A DNA stretch of 64,000 nt from Halorutilales archaeon Cl-col2-1 (GCA_041891055.1 CP169075.1:1-64000), one strand, 5' to 3'; shown: positions 20,962-30,929, counted from the first letter of the stretch. Made by a program: numbers and translations. Notes: generated from the letters alone by a model not told the origin.

Positions 20962-22253
20962 TCTTTCTTCCTAGGAGAAAGACCCATATCCACTCCTTTC
21001 AGAGAAGACAGCCTCTGATCATCTAATACAACAGAGAGAACTATCTTTGGATCTGTGATAAGCCTATGAGTGAGATACATACCTCTACCACGACCTCCTC
21101 CTGTCTTCTCAGATTCAAGGACACCCAGGAATGCCTGTTCTTTCAGTAGCTGATATACTCTTTCTTCTCCCAGAGAATCGATACCGACGTAATCACAGAC
21201 CTTTCTGTAGTTTCGATAGACGTCGCCAGTAGAGATGGGGATATTGTCTGTCTTATCCTGAGTAAGCTGAGCAAGAGTATAAAGAATCAGCTTAACATGG
21301 GGAGTAGATCCAGAGATTAGCTCTTTTAGACGACTCATCTCGGCATGGTCTTGAGCCTCCCGTATGTGCTCTTCAAGAACCTTCTCCGATCCTTTCTTGC
21401 CTGCGATTTCTCCTGCTTTTCTGAAGATATCTATAGCCTTTCTAGCATCACCGTGTTCTTTAGCTGAAAAAGCAGCAGCCAGAGGTATTACATTCTCACC
21501 TAAGACTCCTTCTTTGAAAGCCTCCTTTCTCTTTTTGAGTATTTCACGGAGCTGTGTAGCGTCGTAAGGATGAAACACGAACTCGTTTTCACTTAGAGAG
21601 GAGAGGACTCTTTCAGAGAGACGGTCTTTGTACTCTATCTTGTTACTTATAGCAGTAATCTGGATGTGCTTAGAGGTGGATCCAGTCTCTTTAGCACGTG
21701 AAAGCTGCATGAGGATGTCGTCATTATCTAGCTTATCGATCTCATCGAGAATTATTATCATCGAGTCGAACTCTTCGAGGATTCTCCAGATGTATTTGTA
21801 GTACTCCGAACTACCAATGCCGGTTAAGGGGATAGAGTAATTCTCGTCGGCTTTTTCTGCTAAGCTCTGGGCTATTTCACGTACTGCTCTTGTGTGAGTG
21901 TTATCCTCGGAGCAGTCGACATAAACAGTCGCTATATCGTAGCCGTTACTTCTGCCTTTTTTACGAGTGGATCCCATCACATATCTCGTAACTAGAGATT
22001 TACCTGTACCTGTCTTACCATAGACGAGGATGTTGTTAGCGGGATTCCCCTGAGTAAGAGGATAGTATTCAGTAGCAATTTTGTGAATCTCTTCGTCACG
22101 TCCGATTATACGGTCTTTCTTCGGGACATGTCCTACGTGGAGAAGCTGTCTGTTCTGAAAAAGGCTGGTTTCGTTCTGTATCTCATCTATGTCACTGAAA
22201 ATATCCTCAGAACCTGCTTCTTCCACCCCGTTTTCAGCCTCGTCGGTATCCAT
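20958..22253 (-). CDS. cdc6: Orc1/Cdc6 replication initiator
   Basis: GRDEEI, GKTGTGKS, LDEID, FHPYDA, HGDARKAID, C-terminal winged helix; start taken at MDTDEA. Confidence 0.95.
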   Translation of the reverse strand: MDTDEAENGVEEAGSEDIFSDIDEIQNETSLFQNRQLLHVGHVPKKDRIIGRDEEIHKIATEYYPLTQGNPANNILVYGKTGTGKSLVTRYVMGSTRKKGRSNGYDIATVYVDCSEDNTHTRAVREIAQSLAEKADENYSIPLTGIGSSEYYKYIWRILEEFDSMIIILDEIDKLDNDDILMQLSRAKETGSTSKHIQITAISNKIEYKDRLSERVLSSLSENEFVFHPYDATQLREILKKRKEAFKEGVLGENVIPLAAAFSAKEHGDARKAIDIFRKAGEIAGKKGSEKVLEEHIREAQDHAEMSRLKELISGSTPHVKLILYTLAQLTQDKTDNIPISTGDVYRNYRKVCDYVGIDSLGEERVYQLLKEQAFLGVLESEKTGGGRGRGMYLTHRLITDPKIVLSVVLDDQRLSSLKGVDMGLSPRKKD

Positions 22254-22287
22254 GTTCGATGATAGAACTATAGTCACTTATATCTAC

Positions 22288-22777
22288 CCCACCTCATTAA
22301 GAGTGTAAATACTAACCCCGTCATGTCTTGCGATTGTCTTAAAGGAGTATCCACCCCTCGTTAAGAGTGTAAATACTAACAAGAAATGTGTTTCGAAAGG
22401 CAGTGGTGAGATTCTAACTAGCTCTTTCGAGAAAAAGATGTTGTGTCATACGCACCCCTCGTTTTGAGTGTAAATTATCTTAGATAAATAATTTGGTATT
22501 AATACAGTCGAAATAGGGGTTAATACCGCCGTACACACACCCCTCGTTTTGAGTGTAAACAGTAATTAGTGGAGGGTCTGTTTCAACTCCGCCAAACTAC
22601 TACTACTATACTATATAAATTTTATTATTTATATAAGGTAAAGGTAAGTACGTAGTAAGGATGGATCTTAGAAATAATGGCTAAAATAGCTTCTTTATAT
22701 GTCTAGGACTTCTTGGCTGTTTCTCCACTCTTAGATAGGAGCGAGAAAAGTAGATACACTCAAAACGAGGGGTGTGG
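22288..22777. promoter_or_regulatory. Replication origin: 4 ORBs, AT-rich unwinding element, 1 inverted ORB
   Basis: CACCCCTCGTTTTGAGTGTAAA-type repeats at ~22288, 22351, 22453, 22538; inverted copy 22755-22777; AT-rich 22600-22700; upstream of cdc6. Confidence 0.9.
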
Positions 22778-22892
22778 GTATCTTCTCACGAACAGCTCAG
22801 GTGAATATTTGGTTCAGTTTCCACGCAGTACGATAAGCCCAGCACCTATAACTAAGATAGCCACGACAACTCTTCTTAAGGTGTATAGATAT

Positions 22893-22937
22893 AGCTAACC
22901 AACATTTTCGGAGATTATCTAGAAGCGTTGGTTAGCT
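22893..22937. repeat. IR-A copy between origin and CRISPR array
   Basis: AGCTAACCAACATTTTCGGAGATTATCTAGAAGCGTTGGTTAGCT. Confidence 0.85.
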
Positions 22938-22976
22938 CATAGACTTCCCATCCCTCGGCTTTTCGTCAGCTATTTC

Positions 22977-23608
22977 TCCTCAATGTAGCAGAAGGCTGTT
23001 AGCCTTCTGAGACTGAATAGTTCCTCCTTGCGGTCTTCGACCTCAGTGCCTGCTTCAATGTAGCAGAAGGCTGTTAGCCTTCTGAGACTCCGCGAGCTCG
23101 AAAAGGATCACAACGATCTCGTGGTTGCTTCAATGTAGCAGAAGGCTGTTAGCCTTCTGAGACTCGACATCTAACGACGAAGACACCGAAGACATTAACG
23201 CTTCAATGTAGCAGAAGGCTGTTAGCCTTCTGAGACCAGACGCCGTTGCGTCCGCGTGCGCGCCCGCGCGCGGCTTCAATGTAGCAGAAGGCTGTTAGCC
23301 TTCTGAGACGGAGAGTCTGAATCATGGTCTTTTACAGCTAATCCAACTGCTTCAATGTAGCAGAAGGCTGTTAGCCTTCTGAGACGGAGAGTCTGAATCA
23401 TGGTCTTTTACAGCTAATCCAACTGCTTCAATGTAGCAGAAGGCTGTTAGCCTTCTGAGACGCGTTATCGGGGTGCCGTTCCACGCCGGAGCGGAGTGCT
23501 TCAATGTAGCAGAAGGCTGTTAGCCTTCTGAGACACGGTTCGCTGGTGCGAAGAAAGACGGAGAAGTCGTCGCTTCAATGTAGCAGAAGGCTGTTAGCCT
23601 TCTGAGAC
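22977..23608 (-). CRISPR. Orphan CRISPR array: 9 repeats of 37 nt (GTCTCAGAAGGCTAACAGCCTTCTGCTACATTGAAGC on minus), 8 spacers of 36-39 nt
   Basis: Repeats start at 22977 (degenerate), 23052, 23127, 23200, 23273, 23349, 23425, 23498, 23572; 9-bp stem; ATTGAAGC 3' end; spacers 23310-23348 and 23386-23424 identical; strand inferred from the 3' motif and the degenerate terminal repeat. Confidence 0.97.
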
Positions 23609-23830
23609 GCGTAGATCATTATTACGGCGGTGAGCGTGAAAAGAAGCTTCATTATCCCAACAGCCGTCTACTCAAGTTTGAGTTAGGTTTAAATAGTATG
23701 ACCTCTCAGCGAGACAGATTTATATGTCAGTTCCACGCTGGAGACTCCTAAGTTTAAATGGGGTTGGATATATTGGCGTCGGATTACCGACTCACTCTAA
23801 CACTTGCGAGTTAGATTTAAATAGGGAGAG
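23609..23830 (-). promoter_or_regulatory. Putative CRISPR leader
   Basis: Non-coding, three TTTAAAT boxes (~23688, 23753, 23816), opposite the degenerate repeat. Confidence 0.55.
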
Positions 23831-24062
23831 TTACCGGCTAAACCCTGGACGAGAGGTGTCGTCGGAGGAAAAACACTCAAAGAAATCATCAAACAGTCCT
23901 CTAGCTCACCAACAATCTACTTCACATGAGCGAACCTCAAATTATATCCATTCATTAGAGATTGGGGTTTAAGCTATTACCGAGAGACTTCTATCTCTTT
24001 TAGTGAGGTCACTACTCCCGTAGGCAGCTTCTCTCGTCCAAGGCTCGTTCTATCGTAGTATC

Positions 24063-24117
24063 GCTAACCAACATTTTCTAGTTAGTTGAGATATATTATA
24101 CTCCAAAGCAGGGGTGG
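24063..24117 (+). repeat. Degenerate IR-A half-site plus ORB-like motif
   Basis: GCTAACCAACATTTTCTAG...ATACTCCAAAGCAGGGGTGG. Confidence 0.7.
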
Positions 24118-24156
24118 TAAGGTGAGAGAATATGATGGGGAAAATCAGTATAAGAC

Positions 24157-24354
24157 TCAGTCCTCACAAACGACTTCTCTAAGGTCTTCAAGTAATTCAG
24201 GATGATATTCTTCTAATATCTCTATATCTTTTGGTAACTCATCCTCGATCTTATTCCTAACAGTAGATATAGCCTGATAACTACGATTGTCTTTTTCTTC
24301 TTGTTGTATCAATTCTCGCTCTCTTTCTGTCATTAATGCCCTTGACCTTGCCAT
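24157..24354 (-). CDS. Small protein resembling regulators of haloarchaeal integrative elements/proviruses
   Basis: 65 aa, MARSRALMTERERE...HPELLEDLREVVCED; divergent intergenic region with repeated ACGTTTGC(G/A)TATA. Confidence 0.7.
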   Translation of the reverse strand: MARSRALMTERERELIQQEEKDNRSYQAISTVRNKIEDELPKDIEILEEYHPELLEDLREVVCED

Positions 24355-24569
24355 GCAGGCATTTTATGACGTTTGCGTATATAGGTAAGGTTCTCTTATC
24401 ACCAAACATTTGCTTATCTATAAACGTTTGCATATAAGTAAACGTTAAATACCTAGAAATACAATGTTAATGTAAGAAGCACGATACTCCGGAATACAAG
24501 AGTTAGATCTTGTAGAAGGAGACGGGTGCCGAAACACCCGCCGAGTGCTTCGCCTAGGTGGCGAAACAA

Positions 24570-24739
24570 TGAAAAATAGAAATACGAGCAAAAAAGAAGT
24601 ATCGCTATTAGAGCAGCTTCTACAGGGAGTAGTCGATCCCGAGATACTCGACTACGCTGATAACTCTAAAAGAATAGAATCCAAGACAGCTGCCGTAACT
24701 GAAAAAGAAGCATCAGATAAACAAAAGAGTACTAGATAG
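24570..24739 (+). CDS. Small hypothetical protein
   Basis: ATG at 24570 after a structured leader; 5 bp from the next gene. Confidence 0.4.
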
Positions 24740-24744
24740 TAAAT

Positions 24745-24993
24745 ATGACCTCTGGAAAGCAAATCAATAAACAAGACCTGATAGACGACCTGAAAAGAGT
24801 AGCAGATATGGTAGAAGGCAAACCTAAAGTTGAGGATATCGAAGAGCTATCAAAATACTCGTACTCGGCCTACTGGGCACGCTTTGGGTCGCTCGATAGT
24901 GCTCGCGAAGAGGCTGGCATAACTGAAAAATCAAATAAACCAGACTTTGAACTTAAAATTAAAATAGACAAAATCTTTAGCTTCTCTTTCTGA
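24745..24993 (+). CDS. Homing-endonuclease-associated repeat protein
   Basis: KQDLIDDLKRVAD...SKYSYSAYWARFGSLDSAREEAGI. Confidence 0.75.
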   Translation: MTSGKQINKQDLIDDLKRVADMVEGKPKVEDIEELSKYSYSAYWARFGSLDSAREEAGITEKSNKPDFELKIKIDKIFSFSF

Positions 24994-25013
24994 GATTCTT
25001 CCGAGTTGGGTCG

Positions 25014-25085
25014 GAGTCACCTGACCCAACTTACCACTCCCCGCTCTGGAGAACGAACTCACTCTATCTAAACAACATTTTTCGG
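25014..25085 (-). repeat. Degenerate reverse copy of the composite repeat
   Basis: Reverse complement reads CTCCAGAGCGGGGAGTGGTAAGTTGGGTCAGGTGACTC; CTAAACAACATTTTTCGG half-site at ~25068. Confidence 0.65.
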
Positions 25086-25227
25086 CTCTGGTGAATCACT
25101 AGGAAGCGTCGGTATTGGGGGAGTCAAGTACGAATTCCTGAGCTAAACTAGTCCAAAATCATCGTATCTTGGCTGATAGTCCAACTCGAAGCTCAAATAG
25201 ACTCCTTAGAGAACTCTGTACAGACCC

Positions 25228-25706
25228 TTGTCATTACTAGAATTTGTTTCTGTATCGCGATTCACTAAAGCCACTTATGGTATAGATGGAGATCCGTATC
25301 TGAGGCATTTTCGAGAGAATCAGGTTGCACAGGCAGTCCTACGTTTCGGTCGAAGAGATGGGGGAGTAGTCCTCGTATATACTTCTGCTGTGCCTGACTG
25401 GTTATCGAGGATTGGATACCGGGAGGGGATGTTGAAGGCGATGTAGTTACTCGAATCCGTTCCCCAGGAGAGAAAGAAGTTATCCAGGCTATGCAAGAGC
25501 TGGAGAAGGCAGAGACTCGAAAAGTACTTGAGAGAGTTGGTTTGAAGAATGGAAATACTGTTCGTGATCATCTCAGAAAGAACTCGACGTATATAGAAGA
25601 GGCAGGGAGTAGTGGTAAGAAAGTCTGGATAGACACGGATCTTGATGATATTAATGTATATGGAGAGGTTTTACTCCCCAACGTCCATTTCAGTTTCACT
25701 CCATAG
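25228..25706 (+). pseudogene. Broken C-terminal fragments of a large mobile-element (replication/helicase-like) protein
   Basis: HFRENQVAQAVLRFGR resembles a helicase motif VI (QxxxRxxR); two frames, no N-terminus. Confidence 0.45.
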
Positions 25707-26907
25707 TATCCGGTGCAACTAGACTATCCAACTTAACAAAGTCGTCCCTCTTCAAGAAACGCTCCCTCTGCTCCCCTATCGTCTTTACAATAGAACTGAA
25801 CATTTCGGGTGGTTCCTCTCCTGTACATTCACGCAAGAACCATACCTTCCTAATGTCTGGGTCTTCAAGCAATCCCTTTCCATCATTCTCTTCAGTCATC
25901 CATCTCTTCATCTCTTCTAATCCCCGAGTTTTCTTAGGGGGTAGACTTCGATTGTTGATGCTATTCCGACCAAACCACATCTCGAACCCATCTGAATGAC
26001 ACTCCTTAATTATCTCTTCTCCATTTTTACGGAGCATTCTCCGATGGCCAGGAACCTTCATGATCCCGAAAACCACACCAGCATACACCTTATGCTCCTC
26101 AGTATCAACTACAGTAAGGAATACTGATGCACGCTTACTCTGTGGCCTCCCCTCTTCGTTGAGCGGTGGTCGGTTCTCCTCCACGAAAGGAACAGCAATA
26201 TACTTCGGAACTATCCTAGCATATCCCGAAGGATCAGCCTTGTTCTGCGTCCAAGTGTGTACTTTCCCTCTGTTCTCTAATCCTACTTCATTCATCTCGG
26301 GAATCAAGTCCCGTATGAAGTACCTATACTGGTTTTTGTCCTGGTGGTCAAATCCTGTGAATGGGTTCATATTCTCCACCTCAAAGAGATCTTTCAGCAT
26401 TTGTAGCGGAATTCGTTGTTCTGCGGGCAGTTTGTCCTCGTCTATTTGTTTCACTCTTTTAGAGACCGATATCCAGTTCGTCCAATAGATGCAGTCACCA
26501 TCCAGTTTGTTGATAATGCTAGGTTTGCTTGGATGATGAGTTATCGTAACAAGATATATATCCTGGTCATCTGCGTTCATACGTAGCTTCTTGAGTTCAT
26601 CTCGTAACTGCTTCTTTTTGAGAGGTGCCCCATATTTCGACTCAAACCCTACAAGCTTATCTTCATCACGGATAACCCAGTCTATCTCACGGTCTTTCTG
26701 TGTATTCGAGTTCTTCGGTAGAGGACTATCTTGGTGAGCCACTACGGAGGCATCATTTGAAAACGATATAGGAATATCCTGTAGAGCCTTGTTTACAAGT
26801 GTAGATCCTTCTTTGAGACTGTAGTAGAAGTGAGAGGTCACCTGTTGGTTAAGATCTTCCTCGTCTCCATTGGGTGCATTAAGCGGGTATCTCACTATGA
26901 CCCCCAA
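25696..26907 (-). CDS. PD-(D/E)XK nuclease-family protein
   Basis: REIDWVI...VGFESK motif; 403 aa. Confidence 0.7.
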   Translation of the reverse strand: MGVIVRYPLNAPNGDEEDLNQQVTSHFYYSLKEGSTLVNKALQDIPISFSNDASVVAHQDSPLPKNSNTQKDREIDWVIRDEDKLVGFESKYGAPLKKKQLRDELKKLRMNADDQDIYLVTITHHPSKPSIINKLDGDCIYWTNWISVSKRVKQIDEDKLPAEQRIPLQMLKDLFEVENMNPFTGFDHQDKNQYRYFIRDLIPEMNEVGLENRGKVHTWTQNKADPSGYARIVPKYIAVPFVEENRPPLNEEGRPQSKRASVFLTVVDTEEHKVYAGVVFGIMKVPGHRRMLRKNGEEIIKECHSDGFEMWFGRNSINNRSLPPKKTRGLEEMKRWMTEENDGKGLLEDPDIRKVWFLRECTGEEPPEMFSSIVKTIGEQRERFLKRDDFVKLDSLVAPDTME

Positions 26908-26995
26908 CTAAAATCCGGCACCAAATAAATCTGCCGGCGACAATTATTACACGCCATGACGTGGAATCCTTATGTTGCTATATCTCCGATCCTGC

Positions 26996-27237
26996 TCTAA
27001 AGCTAGTGAGTTCTTCTATCCTATTCTCTAGCTCTTCGACCTCGTCACGCAGCTCTTCAGCCTCGTCAGTCTCGAAGGCGGCGAGTTGATCTTTGAGTCC
27101 CTGGAGACGAGACTCCTTGACGTCCTCGTCGACGTCGGCTTTACGCACATACTCTCTTTCTTCTATCTCGTAGACCTCGTCTTCTGGGATGTCAGCGACT
27201 TCAAGAGCCTCTAAGAGAGTGTACCAGACAGGAGGGT
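26996..27237 (-). pseudogene. Acidic coiled-coil gene fragment
   Basis: Open frame PPVWYTLLEALEV...ELRDEVEELENRIEEL with no obvious start codon. Confidence 0.4.
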
Positions 27238-27329
27238 TTAGGAGAAAAAACCTGTCTACGCTTACTATAGTTCAACACACACTCCCCCACCCCCACAACC
27301 CCATCCTCTAGATTAATCTAAATATCGTG

Positions 27330-27516
27330 CGTGCGAGTCCCTCGGTTTTCTTAGCGTTTCGACCCCGAGGTGAGACGACGTCGATGGGGATCTTGGCGCA
27401 TCGATCTGTGCTCTTAGAGCTAACCAACATTTCTAATATTTCTCTAGAAGCGTTGGTTAGCTCAGATAGAGGTCGTACCCCGAGGCCAACCACGGGGGGT
27501 ATCTCACCTCGGGGTC
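27330..27516. repeat. Recombinase-downstream site: CCCCGAGGTGAGA motifs plus IR-A (27417-27463)
   Basis: Degenerate inverted counterpart at 33205-33340. Confidence 0.75.
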
Positions 27517-28109
27517 TACCCGAGTTCTTCACCGATAGTCGACGGCGTCGGTTTAGCCAAGTACGGCTCTATACTCTGATACGACGACCAGCCACCTATC
27601 TCCATCATTACTCTAACACTAACATCTTCTTCTACGAGGTGGTGTGTCGCCCAGCTACGGCGTAGATCGTGGCTCGACACGTGGCTCCAACGCTCGGACT
27701 CTCCCGCCTCTACGAGACTCTGAGCGGCTTCACGTACCCAGCGACGGATAGAGTCCACAGAGACGTCGACGTATGGCTCAGATGGGGCTATATCTCTCTC
27801 TTTAGCGTAGTTCTCCAGCTCACGTTTCACACCTCGGGGTACGTATGCGTCTCTCGTGGCTTTCTCGCCGCCCTTAGTGTTCTTACCTCGTACCTCAAGC
27901 TCCCAGTACTCGCCGTCGTCGTTGTACTGTAGCCCCCGAGGTCGAGCCGTAGGTACTCCGCTGGCTCGAAGCCCGACTTTGCCCATGAGAAGTATAGCTA
28001 TCCTACGCTCCCAGTCTTCTTCCCGAGCTTCGTCAGCGAGGAGGTCGACCTCGTCGGGATAGGATAACCAGCATTTCACCTCGTCCCCTGAGTCGTCTAT
28101 ACGCACCAT
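27516..28109 (-). CDS. Short tyrosine recombinase/integrase (catalytic domain)
   Basis: GLRASG, K in RGKNTK, HDLRR, GGW, EPYL: full R-K-H-R-W-Y set. Confidence 0.9.
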   Translation of the reverse strand: MVRIDDSGDEVKCWLSYPDEVDLLADEAREEDWERRIAILLMGKVGLRASGVPTARPRGLQYNDDGEYWELEVRGKNTKGGEKATRDAYVPRGVKRELENYAKERDIAPSEPYVDVSVDSIRRWVREAAQSLVEAGESERWSHVSSHDLRRSWATHHLVEEDVSVRVMMEIGGWSSYQSIEPYLAKPTPSTIGEELG

Positions 28110-28348
28110 ACACGGATGTTTAACTTAGCGTGTAAAAAGAGTGTTGGAGAGGGTGTACCCCGAGGTGAGATGGGGTATATAGCGGTCTACCTCGGGTGTT
28201 CGTACACGGTTAGTGATACAATGCGTGTATGTAGTCCCAGGGACAAAAAGAACAGAGCGTCGAGGATCCTATAGACAAAATTGACCACCTCTCCGTTCAC
28301 CCAACAAGAGAGGCTAACGTGCGAAACTGTGTAAATGATATTAGCCTC

Positions 28349-28798
28349 TTAGACGGCTCTTAATCCGAGCAAGAGATTGTTTATCGACACCAGCCCTCCT
28401 ACACCGATGAGAAAGACCACTGTAACTATCACACCAATCCGAAAGCCACGGTGTTCTATGTCTTTATACAGATAGTCGATCAAAAATATAGCTCCAATAC
28501 CGAATACAAGTTTGACTAAGAACGCGAAAAGAGGGGAAATTGAGAGAAGATACGCAGCAATCTTGTTAGCTTCTATCGACTCGGGGTTAACCTGAGCGAA
28601 CTGTGTAGTGACTGGGTCTAAGATGACGTGTGTCAGGAAGAACGCGCTGAGGAGACGCGGGTAACACAAGTCGCGGTAGTACCCGATGGCACGGTCTACC
28701 GCGCTGAAGCTCAGATCCGATACGGTACTCACAGTCTCTATTTCTACACCCTGTCTCAAAAATGCTTTCTCTGACCCAATCTTTATCCTCTTGCTCAA
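28349..28798 (-). CDS. Small membrane protein (DUF5658-like)
   Basis: LDPVTT...EANKIA motif with 3-4 TM segments; start uncertain. Confidence 0.6.
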   Translation of the reverse strand: MSKRIKIGSEKAFLRQGVEIETVSTVSDLSFSAVDRAIGYYRDLCYPRLLSAFFLTHVILDPVTTQFAQVNPESIEANKIAAYLLSISPLFAFLVKLVFGIGAIFLIDYLYKDIEHRGFRIGVIVTVVFLIGVGGLVSINNLLLGLRAV

Positions 28799-28812
28799 GA
28801 TAGTAATAGAGT

Positions 28813-30630
28813 ATGCGTAAAGCCGACCGTGGGGAAGATGCCGTATCTGTAGTCATAGGTGCGGTGTTAATGCTCGGACTACTTATGACCTTACTGGCTG
28901 TTCTCCAGACTACAGCTGTCCCTATCTGGAACGAGGACACCGAGTTCTCCCACAGTCAGAACGTCCAGGAGGATATCCAGAGCCTCGGAAGTGCGATAAG
29001 CTTCGTGTCTTCGTCAGGAACCCCAAGGTCGGTTACAGTTGACATGGGAACCGAGTATACAGATAGGGTAGTCCTACAGAATCCTCCCGACGCTAGTGGC
29101 ACTCTCCGGAGTATCGACGGATATCTGAATATCTCCAATGCACAAGTCGAGACTTCCAGAGAGACTCAGGACTACTGGGACGGTGGGGAGAAGCCGTTCG
29201 AGACTAGGATCATCACATACACGCCCGACTACAACCGGTACCAAGACGCGCCCTCGACGGTCTATGGCAACTCGATGGTCTACAACTACTGGTCGGGAAT
29301 CGACGACTCGCGGTACAACGCCAACCTGACCCTCTCAGAACAGTCGATGATTAACGGACGTAACATAAACCTCGTCGTCCTCAACGGATCGATCTCAACG
29401 GGACAGGTCGAGTCGAAGACCGTCTCTCTAAGACCCAACAGCGTAATGGAGACTACTATAGCCCCGACTGACGACGACGATCCTATAACTATCACAGTCA
29501 CATCGCCTCTGACGGCGGCGAACTGGACGAGTGCACTACAGGATGAGATAGATAACGGAAATGTCGTCGATGTCTCAGACACGGGAGCCGATTATAACGG
29601 ACTAAATAAGCTGGAGATCACTCTCGATTCCGACAAGACATATAATCTGCGTATGGCTGAGGTCGGTATACAGCAGGGCAGGGAAGTCCCCGAGTATTAT
29701 CTGACTGACATCGAAGGTAACGACACGACGGTTCTGACAGATAGCTCTCAGAAGCTCGTCGCGGAGGTGCGTGATAAGTATAACAATCCCGTGAGTGGGG
29801 TGACCGTGAACGGGAGTGCAGACGATGGTAGTCTGGCGAATTCACAGAGGGTTTCTACATCTGATGGAACAGTTACTTTCGATTACACGGCTCCAAGCAA
29901 CTCCGGTACTGACTACGTCAATATTAGCATGGACTCAGATCCAGAGACCTCCGGAAGTAACTTTCAGCCGAGACAGAAGGAGAATGTGACGTTCTATCTG
30001 GATGTTACTTCTGGTGGGGGAGGGGGTGGAGGCGGCGGTGATGGAAATGGTAATTCAGCATGTCTAAGTTATAATAATGATGCTGTTGCAGAGGATGGTG
30101 GCGATGAGCTTGATAATAATGATAGACAAGGTGGTGTCGAATTCACTGTGTCTAATTCGAATAGCTGTGACCCTGTTGAGATAAGAAATTTAACTATAAA
30201 CCCAGATAACCCCAATATTGACAACTTAGATGAGAATTACAATGATGGAACTATGTTCGTATCTGTGGATCCTCCTGAGTCCGAAATAAGCATTGATACA
30301 GATAATAATAATTTTGGTTATCTTGAATCTGGAGATTACTATGTTGATTATAACGGAAGGGTGAATAATATAGGAGATGGATTAGAGTTAACTGAAAATG
30401 TGATCGATCTGGATGATCCAAGTGGAGACATACTCGATAGTAGTAATAATAATCCTGTAATAGATAGCGGAGATACCGCTAGATTCTATCTTTATGAATT
30501 CTGGAGGATTCAAGGAGAAGGAAAAGGACAGGGGAGTCATCAAAATAAAAACATGTCTGGTGAAAGTGTGGATATTTCATTAGGACTTAGCGATGGTTCA
30601 GTAAAGCAGTTTACCGCAAATCCCGAGTAG
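28813..30630 (+). CDS. Large archaeal type IV pilin-like surface protein with Ig-like domain
   Basis: Class III signal peptide RGEDA-VSVVIGAVLML; VRDKYNNPVSGV Ig-like motif; poly-Gly linker then a lower-GC C-terminal domain. Confidence 0.8.
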   Translation: MRKADRGEDAVSVVIGAVLMLGLLMTLLAVLQTTAVPIWNEDTEFSHSQNVQEDIQSLGSAISFVSSSGTPRSVTVDMGTEYTDRVVLQNPPDASGTLRSIDGYLNISNAQVETSRETQDYWDGGEKPFETRIITYTPDYNRYQDAPSTVYGNSMVYNYWSGIDDSRYNANLTLSEQSMINGRNINLVVLNGSISTGQVESKTVSLRPNSVMETTIAPTDDDDPITITVTSPLTAANWTSALQDEIDNGNVVDVSDTGADYNGLNKLEITLDSDKTYNLRMAEVGIQQGREVPEYYLTDIEGNDTTVLTDSSQKLVAEVRDKYNNPVSGVTVNGSADDGSLANSQRVSTSDGTVTFDYTAPSNSGTDYVNISMDSDPETSGSNFQPRQKENVTFYLDVTSGGGGGGGGGDGNGNSACLSYNNDAVAEDGGDELDNNDRQGGVEFTVSNSNSCDPVEIRNLTINPDNPNIDNLDENYNDGTMFVSVDPPESEISIDTDNNNFGYLESGDYYVDYNGRVNNIGDGLELTENVIDLDDPSGDILDSSNNNPVIDSGDTARFYLYEFWRIQGEGKGQGSHQNKNMSGESVDISLGLSDGSVKQFTANPE

Positions 30631-30929
30631 ACTAGGAAGATTCCAGCTTCCAATTAATATGTGTAGTTGGATAGATATTTTGATTTAGAAAATTAACCTT
30701 TGAGTCACTCTCGCACTAATCTTTCAAGATATAAATAATACATTATTAAACCCACTTTTTGATTTTCTATATGGAGTGAAATTAAAAGCGTAAATCTGAT
30801 ATAATCCAATTCCTTCTGGTATTTATGCTGAGTTATTGACGTTTGGTCACACATCTAAATCGAGTCATTCCATCAATCCCGGTGCTGTCTTGCGTTTAAG
30901 ATCTGCTATCCAACTACTAATATCTTTTC

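Noticed and set aside
19284-23608. TnpB plus CRISPR array as a nascent type V system
   Set aside because: The tnpB has both IS ends, sits inside a nitrilase, and is separated from the array by cdc6 and an origin
23014-23645. Self-targeting spacers within the window
   Set aside because: No match noticed by eye; needs an alignment to exclude
27132-27156. Short similarity to the pilin start (GAGTATG..CGTAAAGCCGAC, 28809-28827)
   Set aside because: Too short and isolated to distinguish from chance
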